Below are positions 1 through 7,760 of a DNA stretch of 32,000 nucleotides, piece by piece. The translations under genes and the position numbers were made by a program. The first letter of the stretch is position 1, and each line of letters opens with the position of its first letter. The DNA is from Ruminococcus albus 7 = DSM 20455 (GTDB lineage Bacteria > Bacillota > Clostridia > Oscillospirales > Ruminococcaceae): the NCBI RefSeq assembly GCF_000179635.2, contig NC_014833.1:3360001-3392000 (forward strand), read 5' to 3'. The notes beneath the pieces were generated by a model. The model was not told where the DNA came from. It did no database searches and worked only from the letters and a program-made list of their open reading frames with translations.

Positions 1-458
1 TTGGATTTGAAAAGGAAGGTATCATCAGACAGATACTTATCGGCATCGGACTGGGTCTTGCGACCTCACTTGTGCTGACAGGCATACCTGTTCTCGCAGG
101 CTTCGGAGAGTACGTAAACAGCGGCAAGTCCTATGACGAATTATGGAAGTTCGTATACGAATTCGCTTACTGCATACTTTCGGTAGGCGCCGCAGAGGAA
201 CTGGTTTTCCGCGGCTTTATATACAGTAAACTGAAAAGCCTTTTCGGCAAAGAGATATATGCCGTCGTAGGTTCGTCCCTCCTCTTCGGACTTTTCCATG
301 TATTCAGAGGAAATATAGCACAGATCTTCGTCACCGCAGTGATAGGCTTCATATTCTGCACCTACAAAAATAAGATAAAGGGCTGTACACTCCTGTCACT
401 GATGATATGCCACGGCGTATACGATGCCATGATAACCGTATGGGCATTGTACAAATAA
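1..458 (+). CDS. CPBP family intramembrane glutamic endopeptidase (CAAX protease / Abi-like), 5'-truncated by window edge
   Basis: The frame stays open back to position 3. Contains the three CPBP motifs: EELVFRG (EExxxR), FGLFH (FxxxH) and HGVYD (HxxxD/N). Hydrophobic throughout. Confidence 0.8.
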   Translation, partial: GFEKEGIIRQILIGIGLGLATSLVLTGIPVLAGFGEYVNSGKSYDELWKFVYEFAYCILSVGAAEELVFRGFIYSKLKSLFGKEIYAVVGSSLLFGLFHVFRGNIAQIFVTAVIGFIFCTYKNKIKGCTLLSLMICHGVYDAMITVWALYK

Positions 459-497
459 AAATATAGGCATCCTGCTGATACACCAAATTAACCGCAG

Positions 498-532
498 TTA
501 TCCTTTACCCGCCGCAGGCGGGGAAAGGATAA
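498..532 (+). terminator. GC-rich hairpin downstream of the CPBP gene (possible terminator, no clear U-tract)
   Basis: ttatcctttacccgcc / ggcggggaaaggataa forms an inverted repeat of about 15 bp with one mismatch and a 3-4 nt loop. It is followed by cataaac rather than a T-run. Confidence 0.3.
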
Positions 533-659
533 CATAAACACGACGTTCCCTGGTATATAGCACTTTGTGGTGATGTGATAAAGGGATGACCGTAAATAAA
601 AATAAAAGCGTCCTGCAATAAATAAAGAGAATGCAGGCATAATAAAGGAGAAAACAAAC

Positions 660-1628
660 ATGAGCAAAGCAGCAAAGGCAGCCGGCAGGATACTGCGCAT
701 CATCGGCAGGATCATCCTGTGGATATTCATAGTCCTCATATCACTTCTGGTGATATGCGGCGTGGTCAATAAAATAATGCAGCAGGGCGAAAAAGACCTG
801 CTGAAGGATGACCGCTGTCATATGGTGGAAGTAGACGGAAAAAATATGAGCATATACACCGAGGGCAGCGGCGAACACACCATAGTACTCATGTCAGGCT
901 GGGGAACACCCTCACCCATGTACGATTTCAGACCCCTGTACGAAAAACTCAGCGATGACTGTAAGATAGCAGTCCTCGAAAAGTTCGGCTACGGCTTCAG
1001 CGATAAAACAGACGGCGAAAGAGATATAGATACCCTTGTCCGTCAGGACAGAGAAGCCCTGCAGAAGGCTGGCATAGAAGCCCCATACGTACTTTGCCCC
1101 CACTCCCTTTCGGGTCTTGAAGCTACCTACTGGGCTCAGATGTATCCCGATGAAGTCGAAGCCATTATCGGACTTGATATGAGCACATCGGTGCTTATGG
1201 AGCTTGAAAGCGACAATATGCTAACCTTTGAAAAGGTGCTCGGCAAGACCGTAGCCCTTTCGGGCATCAACAGACCCATGCTTGCTTTATCGGATCTGCC
1301 CGAGTGCCGTAACGCCGAGGAAAAGAAACAGTATATAGCCGTATATTCCGCCAACGACGGCAACAGTACCGTCCTGAGAGAGGCTGACAGCCAGAAAGCC
1401 AACTGCGAAAAGATAAAAAGCCTGCCCCTGCCCAAGACTCCCACTCTGCAATTCATATCAGGCACTAACAGGGATAACGAACGCTGGGTAGATTCTCACC
1501 GCGAGATGACAGATGCTTCTTCCCACGGCAGAATGGTACAGCTCGACTGCGGACACTACGTCCACCACTACGAATCCGAAAAGATAGCCAAAGAGATAAG
1601 ATCTTTCCTGAGCGAACTGAAAAAATAA
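660..1628 (+). CDS. membrane-anchored alpha/beta hydrolase
   Basis: RBS aaaggag lies upstream. N-terminal TM helix (ILWIFIVLISLLVICGVV). Oxyanion-type VLMSGWG motif, nucleophile elbow HSLSG (GxSxG-like) and C-terminal GHYVHH histidine region. Confidence 0.85.
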   Translation: MSKAAKAAGRILRIIGRIILWIFIVLISLLVICGVVNKIMQQGEKDLLKDDRCHMVEVDGKNMSIYTEGSGEHTIVLMSGWGTPSPMYDFRPLYEKLSDDCKIAVLEKFGYGFSDKTDGERDIDTLVRQDREALQKAGIEAPYVLCPHSLSGLEATYWAQMYPDEVEAIIGLDMSTSVLMELESDNMLTFEKVLGKTVALSGINRPMLALSDLPECRNAEEKKQYIAVYSANDGNSTVLREADSQKANCEKIKSLPLPKTPTLQFISGTNRDNERWVDSHREMTDASSHGRMVQLDCGHYVHHYESEKIAKEIRSFLSELKK

Positions 1629-1676
1629 TACACCCTATGAAACCGTGGGTCCACCCACGACCGAGAGGAACGACAA

Positions 1677-1847
1677 ATGAAAAAACTGAAAAAATACGCA
1701 AAGACCATTCTGCAGATACTTCTGGTACTGGCAGCGGTCCTGCTGATATGGTCATTAGCCCTCAGGGCAGCCAAGCCCAAAAGCAGTACCTCACTGATGG
1801 ATCCGCCTTTCAGTATGTGGCGGCTCACCCCCAATGTCCGAAAATGA
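1677..1847 (+). CDS. hypothetical small membrane protein (56 aa; below the ORF-track cutoff)
   Basis: ATG preceded by gagaggaa. Translation MKKLKKYAKTILQILLVLAAVLLIWSLAL... is a basic N-terminus plus one TM helix, resembling the N-terminus of the upstream hydrolase. It may be a remnant. Confidence 0.3.
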   Translation: MKKLKKYAKTILQILLVLAAVLLIWSLALRAAKPKSSTSLMDPPFSMWRLTPNVRK

Positions 1848-1920
1848 TTATTTTACAGATATTAGTTTCATAACATCGACCGCTCAGATATAAACAGACA
1901 AATAATAAGGAGGATACAAA

Positions 1921-2205
1921 ATGAACGAAAAGAAATTTTACAGAGTAAGAAACGGTTCCATGATAGCAGGTGTGTGCTCAGGACTCGGCGCATATCTCAA
2001 CATCGACCCCAACCTCATAAGGATAATATGTGTAACAGGCTGCTGCATAGGCGGACTTCCCATTATCGCATATATACTGGCAGCACTCTTTCTCCCCGAA
2101 CTTCCGACCGCTCAGGATATGCCATCTGAGGTGACCTTCACAAGCATCACCCCCGATAACACCTGTAACACCGATACCACCGACAGCGGAAAAGATATTA
2201 TCTGA
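1921..2205 (+). CDS. PspC domain-containing membrane protein
   Basis: RBS aaggagg. YRVRNGSMIAGVCSGLGAYLNIDPNLIRII is the canonical PspC N-terminal motif, followed by a TM helix and an acidic Thr/Asp-rich tail. Confidence 0.85.
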   Translation: MNEKKFYRVRNGSMIAGVCSGLGAYLNIDPNLIRIICVTGCCIGGLPIIAYILAALFLPELPTAQDMPSEVTFTSITPDNTCNTDTTDSGKDII

Positions 2206-2210
2206 GCGTA

Positions 2211-2239
2211 TTGACAAACCTTCAGAAAAATAGTATAAT
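2211..2239 (+). promoter_or_regulatory. sigma-A type promoter for the second PspC gene
   Basis: TTGACA, 17 nt spacer, TATAAT: a perfect consensus located 31 nt upstream of the ATG at 2270. Confidence 0.6.
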
Positions 2240-2269
2240 TTCGTTAAACACAAAAACACCGTAAGGAGG

Positions 2270-2455
2270 ATGACCATGAAAAGACTTTACAGAATAAGGA
2301 ACGGCTCCATGATAGCAGGTGTATGCACAGGTATTGCAGCATACTTCGATGTAGATGTAAATATCGTCAGGATAGCAGCTGTTATCCTCGCCTGCATGGG
2401 CGGTATAGGAGTTATCCCATACATCGTTGCAGCCCTTATAATACCCGAGGGCTGA
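2270..2455 (+). CDS. PspC domain-containing membrane protein (minimal, 61 aa)
   Basis: RBS aaggagg. LYRIRNGSMIAGVCTGIAAYFDVDVNIVRIAAV plus one TM helix. Paralogue of 1921-2205. Confidence 0.85.
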   Translation: MTMKRLYRIRNGSMIAGVCTGIAAYFDVDVNIVRIAAVILACMGGIGVIPYIVAALIIPEG

Positions 2456-2471
2456 TATATCAAAGGATACA

Positions 2472-2526
2472 AAAAGGATAAAGAACGCAAAAGGCTTTCC
2501 GCCCGACGGTTCTTTATCCTTTTTCA
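2472..2526 (+). terminator. rho-independent terminator
   Basis: aaaaggataaagaac ... gttctttatcctttt forms a stem of about 14 bp with a large loop, followed by a T-run. Confidence 0.65.
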
Positions 2527-2735
2527 TTATGTAACATGGTTATCCATTTAACACACCATTATAAAGGACTATATAACATCCGAGTATTTCCAGTTCTGAT
2601 ATTACACCAAATTAATTGGTGTGTAAACGGGATAATCAGATTATGTAAAGCATTACACTAATGAGGATTCAGCATAAATTTGTTATTTTTATAAAGCCAT
2701 AGTTGTTTATATCGCTAAAACTTTGTATCTCACGC

Positions 2736-2764
2736 TTTACAAGTATAACGAATAGTGCTATAAT
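2736..2764 (+). promoter_or_regulatory. sigma-A type promoter of the LicD/TagF/TarI-like operon
   Basis: TTTACA, 17 nt spacer, TATAAT, lying inside the 5' extension of the tracked ORF. This argues for the downstream ATG at 2802. Confidence 0.6.
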
Positions 2765-2801
2765 GTATAGGCAATACTGCCAAGATACAGGAGGTGCAGC
2801 T

Positions 2802-4235
2802 ATGCTGTCCGAAAACGTGCTTAATGATTATACCGAAGACTGGGTGCTGCGCTGCACAAAATCAGACTGCATCCGTTTTGATATACTCAAACGCCGCGGC
2901 ATAATGCTTTTCTGTGAAGATAAACAGATAAAGCATACCTTTGAAAATATATTTGAAAAAAAGGACGTGTACTGCACTGATGTCCCTCTTTCGGGTAATG
3001 AAGAAGTGCTGTGCTGTCGCTTTTCTTTTTGTGAGGGCACTATCCCACATGAAGACGTTTTCCCCCATATCCTCATAACGGATATCCCCGAAGAAGCCGA
3101 AAAATACAGGGATAAATGCGCAGTCCTCTATACGGGCAGGATATTCGGTGCAGGATTTATCCACAGCCGTACTCCCCGTGAGAACAGTTCGTCAGTTATA
3201 CACGATGTTTTCACCGCCGCACTGTTCATGGCTTCAAGAAAGGGTCTGAAAAACGGTGTGTACTACTGCGGCTTCGGCGGATGCAATATAAAAGCCAAGT
3301 CCCTTATATCCGGCGGATTTGAACATATGCTTTCATACGAAGACAGCCTGTTCATGCTGGAATACTCTCATAAACACGGGGATAAGCTGTTCTGCTTTGA
3401 TAATACCTACGGCGGAAAACTCTCGCTGCTGCACGAAACACTGTTCCTGTGCCTGAATGAGTTCGACAGGATATGCAGAAAGCATGGTATAAAATACTAT
3501 CTGGGCGGCGGTACTCTGCTTGGGGCAGTACGTCACAGCGGTATGATACCATGGGACGACGATATGGACGTAATGATGCTGAGAGATGACTACAGACGAT
3601 TCATCTCGGTGGTTGAAAGCGAGATAAACAGCGATGAGTTCTTTTTCCAGTCTGCCGATACCGACAGCGAATACCACAGCATATTCACCAAGATAAGACT
3701 TAACGGCACCGAGTTCAAAACACGGTTCTCGTCCCGTTTCGGCAATATGCACCAAGGTATATTCATAGATATATTCGTGCATGATAAAACAGCGGATATC
3801 AAAGCCCTGCAGAAGCTCCATGTGTTCCTCACCCTTTTCGTGAGGTCAATGGTATTCCATAAGTGGGAGGGCACACCCATGCACTTCTACGGTAAAATGA
3901 AACTCCTGTGCAGGCTGACTACCCTTTTCATCAGGCATACCGATATACGTACCCTTGAAAAAATACAGGAGCGCACAGTCACATTCTTTGATAAGTTCCC
4001 CACCCATAGTCTTTACGACGGTACAGGCGAACATCTTCGACACGGGGCATTCCCCGCAAAGTGGCTGGGCAGACCGAAATATCTCCGATTCGGAGACCGC
4101 GAATACCCCGTACCCTCAGACTATGACAGGTATCTGGATTACTCCTACGGTGATTATATGAAACTTATACCCGCCAGCCTGCGCAAGGCAGGTCATGACG
4201 TGGTCAGTGTTGATTTTGGAAAATACGGGGATTGA
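2802..4235 (+). CDS. LicD family phosphotransferase with an N-terminal extension of about 230 aa of unknown function
   Basis: ATG at 2802 is preceded by caggagg. The C-terminal half carries LGGGTLLGAVRHSGMIPWDDDMDVMM (LicD nucleotidyltransferase-fold DxD motif) and IFIDIFVHD. Confidence 0.85.
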   Translation: MLSENVLNDYTEDWVLRCTKSDCIRFDILKRRGIMLFCEDKQIKHTFENIFEKKDVYCTDVPLSGNEEVLCCRFSFCEGTIPHEDVFPHILITDIPEEAEKYRDKCAVLYTGRIFGAGFIHSRTPRENSSSVIHDVFTAALFMASRKGLKNGVYYCGFGGCNIKAKSLISGGFEHMLSYEDSLFMLEYSHKHGDKLFCFDNTYGGKLSLLHETLFLCLNEFDRICRKHGIKYYLGGGTLLGAVRHSGMIPWDDDMDVMMLRDDYRRFISVVESEINSDEFFFQSADTDSEYHSIFTKIRLNGTEFKTRFSSRFGNMHQGIFIDIFVHDKTADIKALQKLHVFLTLFVRSMVFHKWEGTPMHFYGKMKLLCRLTTLFIRHTDIRTLEKIQERTVTFFDKFPTHSLYDGTGEHLRHGAFPAKWLGRPKYLRFGDREYPVPSDYDRYLDYSYGDYMKLIPASLRKAGHDVVSVDFGKYGD

Positions 4236-4260
4236 ACCCGTTCAAACGGAGGAAATATAA

Positions 4261-5535
4261 ATGAGTGAGTATAAAGTAAAAGGCAAGCTGGGTCAGATAC
4301 AGCGCCGCGCTGCTGAAAAATCTTTCTTCAAGTTCACTTTCATGCGCGCAAGACAGAAGACCGACCTGCTGATATCCTATCTGATGAAGAAATATATATC
4401 TTACAGCACCAGGGATAAGGTCGAAAAGAATAAGATAGTGTTCATGCATTATAATAATGTATATGAGTGCAACCCCAAGTATATCTGCGATGAGATAATC
4501 AGACAGGGTCTTAAATACGATATCGTGTTCGTCACCACCAAAAAGATAATGGACGAATTCCCTCTCCCATTCCCGCCCGAGGTAAGAGTTGTCAGAAGAA
4601 ACTCCCTTGAACATTTCTATGAAATGGCTACCGCAAGGGTATGGGTGGATAACGCAGTAAACTTCCCCTGGAACTATGTTCCCAAAAAGGGCAACCAGAT
4701 ATATATAAATACCTGGCACGGTTCTATGGGTCTTAAAAAGATAGACCCCGATGCCGTAAGCGATAAACACTGGAGAAAATGCGCCGAAACAGCAGGCAGG
4801 ATAACCAATTTCATGATATCCAATTCTTCATTTGAAACCATGGTATACCGTACTACCTACTGGAAAAGCAAAAGGGTAAGGGTACTGGAATACGGTCATC
4901 CCAGAAATGATATACTCTTCTGCACCGATGAGGAAAAGAAAGCAATCAAGGCTAAGATATGCGATTTCTTCGATATAGATGAGGACTGCAATCTTATCCT
5001 CTACGCGCCTACTTTCCGTGATGCAAGAAACCTTGATTGCTACGATATCGACTATAACAGAGTGCTCGAAGCCGCAAGAAAACGCTTCGGCGGCAAGTGG
5101 AAGATAGTAAACAGATATCACTTCAAGGTAGCTAACAAGCTGGCAAATGTCAAGGCAGTAAGAAACAACCCCGATATCCTTCAGGGCAACCTCTACCCCG
5201 ATATACAGGAACTTATGGCTGTATGCGATATAGGTATCACCGATTACTCCAGCTGGATATGTGATTTCGTTCTCACAGGCAGACCGGGCTTCATATATGC
5301 CAACGACCTGAGATCCTACGACAAGGAAAGAGGATTCTACTATCCCCTTGACTCCACACCTTTCCCCATCGCTGAGAACAATCAGCAGATGGAAGCTAAT
5401 ATACTGGCATTTGATGATAAGAAGTATGCCGATGACGTTAAGCAGTTCCTTGCCGACAGAGGAAGCAAGGAAGACGGCAAGGCAGCCGAGCGCGTAGTGG
5501 GTCTTCTCAAAAAGTATATGACCGAAAGCAAGTAA
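4261..5535 (+). CDS. CDP-glycerol glycerophosphotransferase family protein (TagB/TagF/TarL-like)
   Basis: RBS ggagg. Motifs NTWHGSMGLKKI and YAPTFRD are typical of the TagF family. Confidence 0.9.
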   Translation: MSEYKVKGKLGQIQRRAAEKSFFKFTFMRARQKTDLLISYLMKKYISYSTRDKVEKNKIVFMHYNNVYECNPKYICDEIIRQGLKYDIVFVTTKKIMDEFPLPFPPEVRVVRRNSLEHFYEMATARVWVDNAVNFPWNYVPKKGNQIYINTWHGSMGLKKIDPDAVSDKHWRKCAETAGRITNFMISNSSFETMVYRTTYWKSKRVRVLEYGHPRNDILFCTDEEKKAIKAKICDFFDIDEDCNLILYAPTFRDARNLDCYDIDYNRVLEAARKRFGGKWKIVNRYHFKVANKLANVKAVRNNPDILQGNLYPDIQELMAVCDIGITDYSSWICDFVLTGRPGFIYANDLRSYDKERGFYYPLDSTPFPIAENNQQMEANILAFDDKKYADDVKQFLADRGSKEDGKAAERVVGLLKKYMTESK

Positions 5536-5551
5536 CGGGAGGAATAATATA

Positions 5552-6304
5552 ATGAATATAGCAGTAATTTTCGCAGGCGGAAGCGGCGTAAGAATGGGCG
5601 CTGGCATACCCAAGCAGTTCCTTGAGATAAACGGCAAGCCCATAATCGTACACACACTGGAACTCTTTGAGAACCACAATGATATCGACAAAATATATAT
5701 CGTAATGCTGAAAGACTACATCCCCTACATGAACAAGCTGGTGAAGAAGTTCGCCATAAGCAAGGTTTGCGGAATAGTCGAGGGCGGTGAAACAGGTCAG
5801 GATTCTATCTACAACGGTCTGAAAAAGGCACAGAGCGAGAACCCCGATGATTCTATCGTACTCATACACGACGGTGTTCGCCCATGGGTAAGCTATGATA
5901 CTATCTGCAACAATATCGAGGGCGTTAAGCAGAACGGTAATGCTATCACCTGCACACCTTGTTATGAAACTATCCTTATGAGTACCACAGGCAAGACAGT
6001 TGAAACTGTACCCTACCGTAAGGATACCTACGCAGCACAGGCACCCCAGAGTTTCTACCTCGGTGAGATAATCGCCGACCACGACAAGGTAAGAGCTACC
6101 GAGAACCGCTATGATAATCTTGTAGACTCCTGCACACTCATAAAGAGCATCGGCAAGGAAGCCCACATGGTAGAGGGCAACCGCGGAAATATCAAGGTGA
6201 CCACCCCCGAAGATGTCTATATGTACCGCGCACTTATCCAGTACCGCGAAAACGAACAGGCTTTCGGTATAGGCTCCACCCCCGATATCCTCAAGCAGAA
6301 ATAA
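5552..6304 (+). CDS. IspD/TarI family cytidylyltransferase (ribitol-5-phosphate or similar polyol-phosphate cytidylyltransferase, by context)
   Basis: RBS gggagg. N-terminal AVIFAGGSGVRMGAGIPKQFL signature. Adjacent to the TagF-like and LicD genes rather than to ispF. Confidence 0.85.
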   Translation: MNIAVIFAGGSGVRMGAGIPKQFLEINGKPIIVHTLELFENHNDIDKIYIVMLKDYIPYMNKLVKKFAISKVCGIVEGGETGQDSIYNGLKKAQSENPDDSIVLIHDGVRPWVSYDTICNNIEGVKQNGNAITCTPCYETILMSTTGKTVETVPYRKDTYAAQAPQSFYLGEIIADHDKVRATENRYDNLVDSCTLIKSIGKEAHMVEGNRGNIKVTTPEDVYMYRALIQYRENEQAFGIGSTPDILKQK

Positions 6305-6394
6305 TAACCGCACCCGCCGTAAGGGCGGCGCTGATATAGAAGTTTTAAGCCATGGTATTTCTGATGCAAAGTCAGAAGTACTATGGCGTTTCTA

Positions 6395-6423
6395 TTGACA
6401 GTGCATAGATGACGTGCTATAAT
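6395..6423 (+). promoter_or_regulatory. sigma-A type promoter of the AT-rich GNAT gene
   Basis: TTGACA, 17 nt spacer, TATAAT: perfect consensus. Confidence 0.65.
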
Positions 6424-6465
6424 GGTAACTAACATAAACCAAATCGAAATTTAAAGGTGAAAAAC

Positions 6466-6951
6466 ATGATTAAGGAAATTGATCGAAGTGATATACCGAA
6501 TTGTGTCTCTGTTATTAAAGACAGCTTTATGACTGTTGCTGATGAGTTCGGATTCACTTCAGAAAATGCACCCCGATTTACAGCATTCGCTATATCGGAC
6601 GATAGACTGTACTACCAATTGGATAATGAAAATAGAATAATGGTTGCATACTATTTGGATAATAAGGTAGTAGTTGAATATTATTCCTTACTTTTGCAGG
6701 AAGATAATCAATGTGAGCTGAATAACCTAAGTGTCCTTTCCGATTATAGACATAATAATATCGGTACCGCATTGTTGGATGATGCTATAATTCGAGCAAA
6801 AAAATTGGGGTGCGTTAAAATCAATATCGGAATTGTTGAAGAGAATAAGATATTACGAAAATGGTACGAGGATAAAGGCTTTACTCATATTGGTACAAGG
6901 AAATTCGATTTTTTCCCATTTACTTGCGGCTATATGGTAAAGACATTATAA
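6466..6951 (+). CDS. GNAT family N-acetyltransferase
   Basis: The ATG at 6466 has aaaggtga upstream; the tracked ORF starts at an in-frame GTG at 6457. Acetyl-CoA motif-A-like HNNIGTALLDDAIIRAKKLG. Strongly AT-rich. Confidence 0.8.
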   Translation: MIKEIDRSDIPNCVSVIKDSFMTVADEFGFTSENAPRFTAFAISDDRLYYQLDNENRIMVAYYLDNKVVVEYYSLLLQEDNQCELNNLSVLSDYRHNNIGTALLDDAIIRAKKLGCVKINIGIVEENKILRKWYEDKGFTHIGTRKFDFFPFTCGYMVKTL

Positions 6952-6997
6952 TCTAAATTCTGGTTTGGTTTATCTTAGCAGTTGTATAAAATACAAT

Positions 6998-7027
6998 GCC
7001 CCGAAGCACTTTGAAGTGCTTCGGGGC
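6998..7027 (-). terminator. strong hairpin terminator between convergent genes, with a T-run only on the minus strand
   Basis: gccccgaagcac tttgaa gtgcttcggggc is a perfect 12-bp stem with a 6-nt loop. On the minus strand it is followed by attgtatttta. It may also stop the plus-strand GNAT transcript. Confidence 0.7.
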
Positions 7028-7070
7028 AAAACTTCTATATGAGTATCTGTTTTACGGCAGGGGCGGTATT

Positions 7071-7760
7071 TTATTTGCTTGTGTCACCGATGCCGTATTT
7101 ATCTTTCAGCCTTACGAATATTCTTTCTGCGGGCTTTACGAACAACACGAGGAATATGCAGTTCGATACCATATAGCTAACCGTGAACCATGCTGAGGTG
7201 AGGGTCAGCCCGAGAAATCTTTCGGGGGTGAATCCGCCGCCCAGCCATAACACGCTGCATATATCCATAAACACTGAATAACACGCACCTGCAGCCACGC
7301 CGAACACGCACAGCAGCAGGGGCTTTTTTTTCAGTTTACTTCCCACAAGACCTGCCAGCAGACCTATTATACCCCACACCATCATCTGGAAAGGAGTCCA
7401 TATCCCCTGGGTAAAGAAGAAATTTGATATCAGTGCTGTAAGTGCACCTATCATGAATCCCTGTTCAGCCCCTAGGTATATACCTGCAAGTATTATCACA
7501 GCCGCGCAGGGTTTGAAAGCGGGCAGAGGTGCGAATATTATCCTTCCTGCCACAGAAAGTGCCGTCATCACTGCTGTCAGTGCCACCTCGCCCGAAGCCG
7601 CTTCTCTCCGCTCGAACCTTGCGAAGAATATGCCGCATACAGCCACCGCAGCCGAACCTATCAGCCAGACCGCAGCCCTGTCCCTGAATATCACGCAGCC
7701 ACCTGCGATAAGTGCCATTGATCCTGTCAGCAAAGCCGCCTTCACCGACCTGCGCATCAT
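7071..7760 (-). CDS. ECF transporter S (substrate-capture) component, specificity unknown
   Basis: About 6 TM helices, small size, motif QGIWTPFQMMVWGIIG. ATGA overlap with the upstream ATPase gene. Last gene of a T / A-A' / S module. Confidence 0.75.
   Translation of the reverse strand: MMRRSVKAALLTGSMALIAGGCVIFRDRAAVWLIGSAAVAVCGIFFARFERREAASGEVALTAVMTALSVAGRIIFAPLPAFKPCAAVIILAGIYLGAEQGFMIGALTALISNFFFTQGIWTPFQMMVWGIIGLLAGLVGSKLKKKPLLLCVFGVAAGACYSVFMDICSVLWLGGGFTPERFLGLTLTSAWFTVSYMVSNCIFLVLFVKPAERIFVRLKDKYGIGDTSK

Noticed and set aside
2703-2801. 5' extension of the LicD ORF; similarly 20096-20143 of the SLOG ORF and 9344-9385 of the ATPase ORF
   Set aside because: The LicD and SLOG extensions contain the predicted promoters. 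The ATPase extension overlaps the upstream EcfT gene further. In all three, internal ATGs have proper RBSs, so the shorter models were preferred.
4828-6313. Two long minus-strand ORFs (287 aa and 268 aa)
   Set aside because: They are antisense to the TagF-like and TarI-like genes, which carry clear family motifs and strong RBSs. The antisense products have no recognisable motifs.
6305-6335. Short ccgcc-gtaag-ggcgg hairpin after the TarI-like gene
   Set aside because: It has only a 5-bp stem and no U-tract, which is too weak to call a terminator.
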